From Lytechinus pictus (lineage: Eukaryota): a DNA stretch of 64,000 nucleotides. Positions 53,011-64,000 of the stretch are shown here, in pieces. Numbering within the stretch: the first letter of the stretch is position 1; each line of letters starts with the position of its first letter. Made by a program: the position numbers and the translations under genes. The DNA lies in the NCBI RefSeq assembly GCF_037042905.1, contig NC_087250.1, positions 23,624,001 to 23,688,000 on the forward strand, read 5' to 3'. A model generated the notes under the pieces. The model saw only the letters and a program-made list of their open reading frames with translations, searched no databases and had not been told where the DNA came from.

Positions 53011-54489
53011 ATGAGCAAAGTTTGAGCAAAGTTTCCCCCTCTTTTGAAATTGAAGACCTTTTTTTTTTGGCTTGTTCCTCTGAAAAATGTGTCCCCCCCC
53101 TTTAAGAAAATCCTGATTACAATGAAAGATGGTTTTGGAGGCTCTTTTTGTCATTTTCCAAGGCTCTTTTACATGTAATCATTTTGGGGGGAAATTCGCC
53201 CGCAGCCCCCCTTGTAATTTTCCCCCTGGTGGAGAGATAAGGTGCTTTTTAGTCTTTGCTTTGTATATATTTGAAATGTGTTTTGCTGGGAGATTTTGGT
53301 GTTCTTGATTTCAATATTTGAGGGTGTGAGGGTGTTGTGATTGGTCCAATCACCTATGGTCAGTTATTCACTGATATCATAATTTTTAATATAGGAAATT
53401 TGCACAATGTCCCTTGACAACCAAACTGGAGCCCAATGATGCATGCATGAATTCAACATATTTAGAAAACATCTTGAACATACATGCACTTTTTATGTTG
53501 CAGTTGTTGGCTTTCCATAGTGATCTGACCATTGGAGCTTATATTACAAACTGACCTACATATAGACATTTATGCATTGTCTATAACATTCAATCCCTGT
53601 ATCCTGGCCTATTTTCTGTCCCTTATCCCCATACATGCATTTCTGTGTATGGCCAATACCTATGTTAGCAATTATCCCTAATTGGTGGGAAGGAAACCAA
53701 AGAGAAACCACATCGGACGGTCATAGTTTTATTTTGGGAAGTGTCGCGCGCTTGGCTTTAGATGTGTGTGAGATGGCATGGGTAGAGTTGTTGAGGCTAC
53801 TGTAACTTCTATTTCTTCTTTTTCTTCTTCTTCTCCTGCTTTTTCTTCTTCATCATCTCTCCTCTTCCACTTCTTTATTTTGTTCATGGCTCTTTTCTCT
53901 TGTGCTGCTGTATATATGTTTGTGTCTATCTTGTTTTATTCCCTCATTCTTCTTTATTTTGTATTCTTTTCAACATCTCCTGCTTCTGTGTCATTTTCTA
54001 ATGAATTGCTTCCTTGTGGACTTCTTCTTTTCTATCTTCTTTACTTCTTCTCCTTTTCCTCCCTTCCTCCTCCTCCTTCTTCTTCCTATTCTCATTCACT
54101 TTCTTGAAGCAAAAAGTATAAGAAAGTGAAGAAAGAAAGATAGAGTAAGAGAGAAAAAAAGTAAGGAGTAAGAGCTACTTAGGCAGAGTGAGAAATAAAG
54201 AGAGAGAGAGGAAACTGGACACAAGATTTGACAAGAAACTGCACAGAGACCAAGAGAGGATAGTGAACCAATAAAACGAGAATCAAGTGTTAAAAAATGC
54301 CACTACTTGTTCCAACGAGGCACACCGTAATTTTAAATGCGTTAATCCACGTTGCAGAGATGAACCAATGCACACGTTCACGGTTGGATCGGGCTGAATC
54401 GGTAGAGCATCTATGCCCTGCGGAGGACACAAAAAAAAGAGAGAGAGGTCTGAATTACCTTTCAGTACTGAGTCATATTTGGTTTCTTA

Positions 54490-55110
54490 TCCCAGTCTTT
54501 CTCTCTTTTTCCCCTCTCTCTCTTTCTGTCTCTCCATCTCTCTTTCTGTGTCTCCATCTCTCTTTCCGTGTCTCCATCTTTCTTTCTGTCTCTCCACCTC
54601 CCTTCCTTTCTATTTCCCTACCTTTGTCTCTATCTTTCTTTCTATATGTCTCTCCCTCTTTCCGTCACTCTGTCTCTATCTATCTGCCTCCCTCTTTCTG
54701 TCTCTTTCTATTTGTCTCTCTCTATTTATCTCTCTCCCTCTCTCTTCCCCTCTTTATGTCAAGCTAAGTATGCCGTTTTCTATCTTTCTCTCTCCCTCTC
54801 TTTTTCCCTCTTTCTGTCTTCTAAAGCAAGTCTGTGTCTATACTACCGGTTTCTATCTTTCTCACTCTCTGTTTCCCTCTTCATCTTTCTTTCTCTCTCA
54901 GTCTTTTCTTTGAATCTTTCCCTCTGTCTGTCTCTGTCTTTCTATCTGTCTATATATTTCTCTCTCTTTTCTTTCTTTTCCCCTCTATCTTTTCTTTCCA
55001 TCTTTCTGTCTGTCTTTCTATCTGTATATATATTTCTCTCCCTCCATCATTCTCTCTTCCCCTCTTTCTTGCTCTCCTCTTCCTTCTACTCATCACTCTC
55101 CCTCTCTATC
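54490..55110. repeat. ~600-bp CT-rich polypyrimidine low-complexity tract
   Basis: Seen directly. Confidence 0.9.
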
Positions 55111-56399
55111 CCAGCCTACTTTGCATATAATTGGAAGTGTCGCTGTTCCCCTTAACACGACTAACTCTGTGTCGGATTGCATACAATGCTCTTCCCCCCC
55201 CCCCCCCCCTCTCAAAATATGAATGCATAATTGGATGGGGATCGACTTGTATACATACATGCACTCCTTCAAGCATCTTTATTCTCAAGTTATTTTCCCC
55301 TATTACATTGTATGTATGTTAATTGTGTTTAACCATCCTCATCAGACAAATTCCACCTCTTTATTAGTGTGTAAGGAGTTTGATGGGTATTGCGTACTGT
55401 GGTACATGGAAATCCATTTGCTTCAAGTCCTTTCTATTTCTGTTTAGCAACAATCCTTTAGGAAAAATATGACATTTCTTTGAATACTACATCTGGGAGG
55501 AGAGGAATTTATATATTGCCATGATTATACTGTTGTGATACATGATGTGGAAAATTGAGATAAATTCTTCGCATTTAAATAGCGGGAATTGTTCTACGAA
55601 ATTGCAGTTTTCATTATAAGGGACAAACTACATTTATAAACAGATATTCGTTGTTTTTATACTGAGATTATATGTACATAGATATATGTACATATTAAAG
55701 CTGTGTGCACCTGAATCGGTAGCCCATCTTAGCCGGGGTAATAATAATAGCACAGCTTGCTGGGAGAACAGTTTTCGGAACTGAAGTGGCTACCCTGGGT
55801 AAATATACTGTTGTTATTATAGATTTTGATGTTAGTAGGTATAATCAAAGATACTGCAAGGGGAAGATTGGACACTTTGGCGATTTTTTTAAATGCTCCC
55901 AAACGCCCGAAAAATGCTCCTGGGGAAGCGCGCCCAACATTGTTGAGTACATATACAATGTAAGTAAACCATGGCACATCAGCACGCAGCTGTGTATAAA
56001 ACATATGGGGGAAATGAGAGAGGGGACTTTGGAGAGGGCTCAAGGGTGGTGCATATGGGAATAATTCCACCTTTTATTACCCAGAAACCTCTGAAATATA
56101 TTCATCTTTAATTTAAGAAAAAAAGTAAATGAAAAAAATTTTAAGATGTAAAAGTCGTCTATTCCTTCAACCATTCACCATTTCTCTCATATGTTTTTTA
56201 CACCACCATCTCGCGATACGCAAAGGTAAAAAAAGGTTGTTACTTACTCAACGCTGTGGGGCGCTCTTCCCTAGTGTTTCATTACGTGGTCTACAGTATG
56301 TACTGTCCGATCTTCCCCTTGTAGTATCTTTGGTATAATGCTTTTATGATGATTAGTTGGCATAAAATTGTATTTTATTCTCTTTTATTTGTATCACAG

Positions 56400-56496
56400 A
56401 TTCGTTTGGTTGATTGGAAGTCATGGAGTAATGTAGTTCAATTGATTTGATTTCATCAGAGTAGCTCATAAAAATAACCATGCATTCATATATGAA
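56400..56496 (+). other. Candidate BCL9 5'-UTR exon (97 nt)
   Basis: Acceptor ttctcttttatttgtatcacAG; donor GAA|GTAAGT. Confidence 0.45.
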
Positions 56497-58131
56497 GTAA
56501 GTATTCATTGAATTCCTCTATTCAAGTAATTATTTCACAACTCTTTTGAAATCATACATGTACAAACAAAGAGATATAAACAGATCAACAATTCCTTTAA
56601 ATAAATACTTTGTCTTTCCACAAGAAGGGACTTCATTTGATTGATTTTTTTTATTTCAAACATTGAAAAGGTGCATTGTAGGCTATCCGATGGTGCAAAA
56701 ATTTTTTTTTAATTCTAGTGAAACTCAAAATATCTGCAAAAAAGGGTATAATAATGAAGTAATCATAAAAATTTCCCTAAGTTTTTATTTGTGGAACTTA
56801 GAAATTACTATGATATTGCCGTGTGGCGGATATGAAAAACAGACAAGAATTTTTGCATGAATGTTTCACACAAAATGTATGTAAGCTTAATGAAATCCAA
56901 CAATTTATTTTCTCAAGAATAGTTGAACTTATTCCAAATGGTAAAAGAAAAGAATGGAGTGCTTCAAGTAGCAAGTATGGATAATATATAGAGTACATGG
57001 TGCATTAAGGAAGGCAAAATTCTTCAAAATTTTAGAAGAACAAGTGTCATTATTGCCCTCTTGTAATTAATACAATGAACAACAAGATAACGGTATTGAG
57101 AATCCGATCTATGTATTGTTTTAATGATTGTTCTTACTATGCAGGCACTTAAATCTAGATTGCGATTGGCAAGAGTAGTGACATAACATCTTACAATGTA
57201 TTTGTCATTACTTATTCTTAATTGAAGGACATGCTTGTATTGTATTCCATTATCTTTTATTGTGGGATTAGATACTTATCTCCTGGGTCCCGTAACACAG
57301 AGGTTAGCGATTGATCGTACGCTTGATTTCACGATTGATTGTACACTAGTCAATGGAATCAGTCGTAGAAAAATGTTCTACGATCATTGCTAAGCTTTGT
57401 GTTACGAGCCCCTTATCGTTTCCTAAACATTATCAGGGCCTCATGACGTAATGCTTCGCGATTGATCTTGGGGCTGATTTTTGTAATTGATCATTCACAA
57501 AAATCACTGCAATCAATCGTAGAAATAAGCTCTATTATCAATCGCTAAGGTTTGTGCTATAGGGCAGGGCACTGATATCTCAATATGAAATGTGTTTTCC
57601 CTGTGGTATATCAATGTGAAATAATAGGGGTTTTTCAAATCAAATGTACATACAACACTTTTGTTTCAAATTGTTTCCCCTAAATCTCAACCAAAATAAA
57701 TAATGAAATTGCCTGGCATTCCTGTTTGTTGTTGAAACCAAAGACCTACTACCCTATCTGTTGAAAATATTTTGCTTTTATAGTACTTGTCAGAAATTTT
57801 TCTCCATATTCCAATGCATTTTTTACCCATTGGAAAAAATTTTGATCGAAGGATGTCCGAAATTTGAAACTAATGAAAAAACATTTTCATCTCCCCAACA
57901 ATTATATAGTTTATTAACACCATGAGTACATAAACAGAATTGATTTCTAAATTATAATCAAAGATATCAGCCACTTTGAATGATTGCCAATAAATTGATC
58001 AAATATTTCTCTATTTCTGCAGATATTTCTTTCGTATTTTCCCTGTGGATCTTTATGAACGTAAATCTAGATGACGACAACGACATTGTAGAAAGAGTGA
58101 ACTATTAAACCATTTACAGTGATTGATAAAC

Positions 58132-58540
58132 ATGTCAGAAGAACTGACCAAACTCGCCAAATTGGCAAACAGCGCTGCGGGGGACAGTGACCTTGAGCTG
58201 AAGCTTAACACTTCGTTAGCTTCACCCAAGATGAGAGCGCTACACCTCAAGGATGAGATTGGACCGCTTGGGCCACCTGGACCTCCTGGACCACCTCCAG
58301 GAGGGATGAAAATGGAGGAGAAACCTATGAAGATGGAATTGGGAAGTAAGAACACTCAAGGGATGATGAGATTGGACCATATGAAAGGAGGAGGGGGAAT
58401 GGATATGAAGGTGGATGGGATTGCCGCGGTGATGAAGAAGGAGGAGGACGATGCGGTGTTTCTCCGGGATGGGCAGATGAACCAGGTTAATAGTCAGATG
58501 AATAATCAGATGATGAGCAACGGACCACAGGATGATAAAG
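58132..58540 (+). CDS. BCL9: BCL9/legless, first coding exon (MSEELTKLAK...PQDDK)
   Basis: Acceptor ttctctatttctgcAG ends at 58022. ATG 58132 is preceded by an in-frame TGA at 58120-58122. Donor AAAG|GTAGGA after 58540 is phase 1 and joins in frame to the HD1 exon. Confidence 0.85.
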
Positions 58541-58544
58541 GTAG

Positions 58545-58689
58545 GATGGTGATGGTAGTGATGATGGTGGTGATGATGATGATGATAATGATGATGAAGA
58601 TGATGATGATGATGGTGATGTTGATAATGGTGATGATGATGGTAGTGATGATGGTGATGATGATAGTGATGTTGATGTTGATGATGATA

Positions 58690-58775
<86 letters not shown>

Positions 58776-58820
58776 ATGGCAATTGTGATCATGGTGGTGG
58801 TGATGATGATGATGATGATA
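58545..58820. repeat. (ATG)n microsatellite at the start of a BCL9 intron
   Basis: Begins 4 nt into the intron that starts at 58541; includes a long perfect run. Confidence 0.95.
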
Positions 58821-58929
58821 TTGGGATATTATCAATGAAATTTTTTTATTCCTATTAAAGGAATCTTTCAAAAGCGAACTGCACCTTTTAGTCTAGCCAA
58901 TTTCACAAGGAGTGTCTCTTCTCTTTCAG

Positions 58930-59129
58930 GTATGAATATGCTACATCGGCAGGTGGGAGGCTACCCACATCCCCCAAACTTCACAATGCAAGACTCGCAG
59001 CACATCTACACGTTCTCAACGCTGCTAGCCAACAGGGCCGCCCAGGCAGTCTACACCGGTCAGACTGATTCCATTCTGGCCTACCATAGAGTCCAGTCCT
59101 GCAAGAGGAAGTTCTTAGATCCAGAAGAG
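58930..59129 (+). CDS. BCL9: BCL9/legless exon encoding HD1 (Pygopus-binding)
   Basis: Acceptor ctctttcAG|GT; donor GAG|GTCTGT, phase 0. Encodes HIYTFSTLLANRAAQAVYTGQTDSILAYH (59001-59087), matching the BCL9 HD1 pattern VYVFSTEMANKAAEAVLKGQVETIVSFH. Confidence 0.95.
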
Positions 59130-60058
59130 GTCTGTTCAACCAGCATTTTTTTTTTTAAATCATATGATGTAATCCTTTTAAAAAGGTGACTCAACATTTG
59201 CTCCGGGCTTTTTTTTGTTTAAGATGTAGGGTTAGGGTTGCTATAGGGTTTTATGTTGGGTTAAGGGTTAGGGTATAGTGATAAACCCAGGGTTGAAGAT
59301 GGTCATTCCATTACTGTGTGGAATTTACAGCGGAGCAATTGTTGCCGGAGCAAATGTCATGAAACCCTTAAAAAGGCCAGGGGGGAGGGGGCCACCCCTA
59401 AACATTCCCTTTACAAAGCCTAAAGGGAAACACAGAATTCAGTAGTCAACAAGTTCCCATTGCCTGCTGGACACTGGTGATCCTGTCCAAATCCTTGAGG
59501 AATCACATAATTCATAACTAGTCAACATGTTTTTTGTTGCTTACTGGATCCCAACAGGTACAAATACTTTAGGGGGGAATTTCATAATTTATATTTGATG
59601 TTTCAGTGATTTCTATTTTTTTCAAATGTTATGTACCTATGTGTTGCTCTGTACATTGATTGCACAATACTGTTTGACCTGCACATATTTGTAGTTGATT
59701 TGCCAGATTAGCTCAATGAAACATTAAGATCTCATGTGACAAATTCTGTGAATTTAGTTTATTTTGAAAGGAGTACCATAATGTTATGCAACATAATAGT
59801 CCTTTGGGAATTATCATCCCATCCTATCCAGAGCACCTTTCAGAAGACTTGCCATTATGGCAACTTTGTCACGAAGGTAGCTACCATGGTAACATGTCTC
59901 AGCAGCTAGTCGAAATCATGGTTTCCATGGTATGTCATAATGGCAAAGTTGCCATAATTGTAAGTTTACGTGAAATGCCACCTGGATTTGATTGTGCATT
60001 CCACTGGTAAATGTTTATTCTTTGAGAATGAAAACTTGTGTTTATCTTTTCTTCACAG

Positions 60059-61049
60059 GATACTGGAGCAGCTCCTAACCATTCAGGAAACACTGGTCCC
60101 GGCACACCTCAACAGAACAATACACAACAAGGGGTAGATGGGACTACAGTACAAAGTGCCAATGGCCAAAATGGCAAACCAGGAGCCATTGATAGTAGTA
60201 TGGATGGTGCTAGAAAAAGCATTGATAGTTTGAAAGGAAAGAACCCAGGAACACCTCAAAGTGTCCAAGAAGGAGTGGAAGGGAGCGAAAACTCAAGAAA
60301 GACGCCGCTTGAGAGCGGCACGGGGGGCGGGGGAACAACTACGACCAAAGGTAACAAGAAACGCAAGAGACCAAATTCGTCGTCGCAACCGCTTCAGGCG
60401 AACCTTCAAGGTGGCGGCCCTGGAGGACCAATGCAACAGGGCATGCCACCAAGTGGGCCAAGCTTTGGACCGTATGGACCGGGGGCATATCGACCAGGGT
60501 TCCCGCATCAGAACATGCCAATGCGCCCCGCGATGTCGTCGCAGTCGTTCCACAATCAGCCCTCCACAACTGAAACCGAGAACCTTGATCCCAGCGCGTT
60601 GTGGGAGAATCCGCCCAACGTCAAAAAGACAATGACCACCACCATGGCACCGTCCTTCCCACCCGACATGTCACCTATGCGGATGGCATCACCTAACCCC
60701 GCCATGAGGTCGCCGAGTGCAGGACTCGTCCTCGGAAACGAGAACATGGTGCCGCCCTCCGGCCCGCAAGGTCCACGTCCCTTCATGAGTCCTTCCCATC
60801 CATCCCAGTCTCTCCCAGCATCGCCCGTCAACCCTTATGATATGCCGAACTACAAACCACCGCAGCAGATAGACAACCCAACGCCGGAGCAGTTGCGGCA
60901 TCGGCAAGAAAGGTTGAGGACTCTCAAAGAGATGCAGAAGCTCCTGTTTCCTGAAGAACATGGCAGTATGTCTCCATCACCTGGAAGAATGATGTCACCT
61001 ATCGGGATGCCTCCTCCTCCTCAAGATCCTATGGCACAGCAACCTCAAG
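60059..61049 (+). CDS. BCL9: BCL9/legless exon encoding HD2 (beta-catenin-binding)
   Basis: Acceptor ttttcttcacAG; donor CAAG|GTAATC, phase 1. Encodes DNPTPEQLRHRQERLRTLKEMQKLLFPEE (60872-60958), matching the HD2 pattern LSQEQLEHRERSLQTLRDIQRMLFPDE. Confidence 0.95.
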
Positions 61050-61616
61050 GTAATCTATTTTCAAAAGCTATTTTGGAGACAGTGATTTTTCTCTCGCAAA
61101 TATGATCTTTTCCTTTTCTGATTACCTATCATTCTGTTTCAAACTTGATCTAAAATGGACTTTCTGATTTTTATAGAAAATGTACCCAGCAACATTATGA
61201 ATTTTGGTTTGAAAAGGTAAATTCATTGAATTTTTACATGAAATCCAAGGAACCAAAATGAAATTTTCTTTTTGATTTCCAGGTGAACAAAAGATCACCG
61301 TCCCTTCTAATTACTGGGGGTGGTTTCATCAGAACAAAGATGATACAATTAGCCTAATCAGAGAATAATGGACTAATTTTTTTTGCTATCCTGATATTTT
61401 GCTCATAAAGTCAGCCAATGTCATCTTGGACTTATTTCCAGAATATCATGCTAATGCTATTTTGCTGGACATCTTTCCCTGAAGGAAGTCAAGTCCACCC
61501 CTGTAATGCTTAGTGGAGCATGCCACACATTATGTGACCACGCAGCACAATCATTATTATGCCAATTTATTTGTGTGCATTTTCAGTTCTGGTGAAGATG
61601 TAATTCCAATTCAATC

Positions 61617-61891
61617 AGCGTGTTTCTACAGAGAATTGTTAAAAACGGTTTATCTTTTTCAGAATCAAAAAGCTGCAACCTGTTTCTACAGTGCGAATAA
61701 TCCGATTAACTCCGCATTCCAAACGGATTAACACGACAATAACCACCTCCCAGAGGTGGTTGTGAGAAACTGTATTTTGCACGATGCTTTATCAATAAAC
61801 CGCATCGCATCTGTTTCTACAGGGAAGTTTTCCGGAATTTTTGATACTTAGGCGGGTAATACCGTTTAACCATTCTCTGTAGAAACACGCC
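61617..61891. mobile_element. Harbinger-like MITE in a BCL9 intron
   Basis: GCGTGTTTCTACAGAGAAT...ATTCTCTGTAGAAACACGC. Confidence 0.8.
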
Positions 61892-62171
61892 GAATGTCCC
61901 TGATTTCAAATTACCCAGGATCTTTGTAACACTAGAATCTCTTCTGTAGTTTCTTATTGTAAATCTTGCAGCTTGATACTGTACCCTTTCTAATTTGACT
62001 TGATTCTAGATTTCCATGACATTTCTTTTGATGTGCACTGTTCAAACCTGTGAAACCTGGGCCTGGTAACATAGAGCTTGGCGATTGATGGTGGGGCTGA
62101 GTTCTACAATCGATTCCATTGGGTATTTGGTATGATCAGTCGTGAAAACCAGCCCCAAGATTGATCGCTAA

Positions 62172-62321
62172 TACCTTGGTCACATTTGTACTACGGCGGC
62201 TGTAAGGCGAGTCGTAAAAACAGTCGTTTTAACATTTTTTTTGTACCAGCTACATATAGGTGGTTTGAATAAAAATGAAGACTCGCCGTACGGCCGCCGT
62301 AGAACAAATGTGACCAAGGTA
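62172..62321. mobile_element. Harbinger-like MITE with TAA TSD nested in a CWG-type MITE (62059-62343)
   Basis: TAA|TACCTTGGTCACATTTGT...ACAAATGTGACCAAGGTA|TAA. Confidence 0.88.
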
Positions 62322-62422
62322 TAAGCTTCATGTTACAGTACCCAGCTCGCATTTCAGTGAGCTACCCTTCGGAGATGTAACTAACCCAGATTACATTGTT
62401 TGCCCTCCCCCCCCCCCCTCAG

Positions 62423-62617
62423 CGATGATGTCACCGGGTGGAGGTCCCATGATGCGCCCCATGGGCCCCAGCGGTCCTATGATGGGGCCAGGTGGACCCG
62501 GAGGACCACACTCTATGATGCACCAAGGTATGGGACCAGGAATGCATCCCCGGATGCCTGCCCAGGATGGTATGAGGGGTATGAGCCCTGACCAACGCAT
62601 GATGATGGCCAATTCTG
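62423..62617 (+). CDS. BCL9: BCL9/legless Gly/Pro/Met-rich exon
   Basis: Poly-C tract plus ctcAG acceptor; donor TCTG|GTAAGT. Phase 1 at both ends, consistent with the neighbouring exons. G/P/M-rich composition typical of BCL9. Confidence 0.9.
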
Positions 62618-62987
62618 GTAAGTAGAAATAGAATGTAAAATAGGCATTAATTGTTTATATTTACTGGTATTCACTTGGACCATTTCATGAAACTGGTTTT
62701 AATAACAAATTTGCAAAAGCAGTGAAAAGCTACTGAAATCCTTCAATATGATTGGTTATAGTTATTGTTTATGTCATTTTCTGTGTCACTATTTCATAAA
62801 ACAAATAATGCACTTGATCTGTCGTGTGTAGTAAAGGCTTGGTTTGTTTAGATTGTGCACACTGGACATTCACATAAAGGCTTGTTCATGGTGCAGCACA
62901 TTTACACATAAACCTCGCTTACACTGCATTTCCACTGATGCTCTCGGTTCTGTTTTGTAATAGCTATTTCTTTGGCTGTCTTTTCAG

Positions 62988-64000
62988 GGATGATGATGCC
63001 CCCTCTCCCTCCAGACTGGGAAAACATGTCTCCTGCCCAGCGGGAATGGTACAAACTACAACAAGAATTCTACCTCGATAAACGACGCAAAATCATGGAA
63101 GACCAAGCCAAGATGCAAGGACGCATGTCAGATTTTCCTCCTGGGGCCATTGGTCCTGGGCACGGCCCTGGACCAATGAGAGGAGAGCCGATGATGAGTC
63201 CACATCATCCAGGCAGTGGAGGATTCCCAGGGGATGTGATGGGCATGAATATGGGTCCACCACCGCCTTACCCTGCGGGACCTGGTCCAGGGCCGATGAG
63301 CGGAGGACCTCCGGGGCCTGGTCCCGTTCCTGGACCACCGTCGCACGGGATGCAGAGGAGAGCTAGTATGTCAGGGCCGATGCCGCCTATGGGACCTGGA
63401 GGACCAGGTCCAGGGATGGCAGGTGGACCGGGCGGGCCTGGTGGGCCAGGAGGGCCATCAGGTCCAGGAGGTATGGGAGGTCAGATTGGTCCATTTCCAG
63501 AGACACCGCATATGCCATCACCACGCACTAATCGCTCCAGTTCAGTACCGGGTATGCAGAGTGGGTCATCGCAGCCTCCGATGAGTGCAGGACCTGGACC
63601 AATGAACTCAGGCAACATGCCTCCAGGGCCACAAGCTGGTCCAGGTCCCGTTAGTTCTGCCAGCTCCATGTCCATGGCCATGTCTCCTCATGCACCTGTT
63701 GGCAGTCCAATGAAATCAGTTTACAGGGCCCCTACTCCTACAAGCGCAAACACATCGGCCAATCAACCACCCCAACAGAACACTGATCCAATTATGAGTT
63801 CCATGGTGAGAACGCCAGGAAGCGTTGGTCCGGTGGAACAGTCACCAAGGCCAAATCAACCAGGTACCCCTGCTGCCATGGACAACCCTGTAGTCCTACC
63901 AAATGTCTCATCTGTCAATACCCCAAATACCTCCCAGCCTGGTACGCCAAACTCTGTTGTGAACAACACCATGTCAACATCATCTGTACTGCCACCTACC
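62988..64000 (+). CDS. BCL9: BCL9/legless exon encoding HD3; runs off the window end
   Basis: Acceptor gtcttttcAG|GG. Encodes PDWENMSPAQREWYKLQQEFYLDKRRK (63011-63091), matching the HD3 pattern EQIAWLKLQQEFYEEKRRK. The G/P/M/S-rich frame appears open to 64000, which would explain its absence from the ORF track. Confidence 0.93.

Noticed and set aside
58541..58871. Poly-Met, poly-His, poly-Ser and poly-Ile ORFs
   Set aside because: Translations of an intronic (ATG)n microsatellite downstream of an in-phase donor.
59225..59275. Telomeric TTAGGG repeats
   Set aside because: Only a few degenerate units inside a dispersed repeat also present at ~23845-24010.

Overview
AT-rich, repeat-dense eukaryotic genomic DNA. 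It is probably a sea urchin or other echinoderm, judged only from the style of its SINEs, MITEs and Tsp/HINE-like repeats. The one clear host gene is a + strand BCL9/legless orthologue (Wnt/beta-catenin co-activator). Five coding exons (58132 to beyond 64000) splice in phase and encode recognisable HD1, HD2 and HD3 domains. The preceding ~55 kb looks like 5'-UTR intron sequence, with a CpG-rich promoter-like region at ~2.1-3.0 kb and candidate non-coding exons rich in uORFs. The most unusual structure is just downstream of the putative first exon. Three copies of one DNA-transposon family (TAGAC...GTCTA ends, each with its own 9-bp TSD, AcademH-like) sit in what was ~160 bp of host DNA. The longest copy contains a frameshifted CxxC/NLS gene exon plus nested MITE, Tsp/HINE, L1/Tx1 and SINE insertions. 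Other observations are a degenerate Penelope-type hammerhead ribozyme, a TSD-flanked insertion carrying an internal tRNA-like cloverleaf, and trains of MITEs joined by CWG trinucleotides. Most entries in the ORF track are spurious. Repeat coordinates were read by eye and may be off by a few bases.
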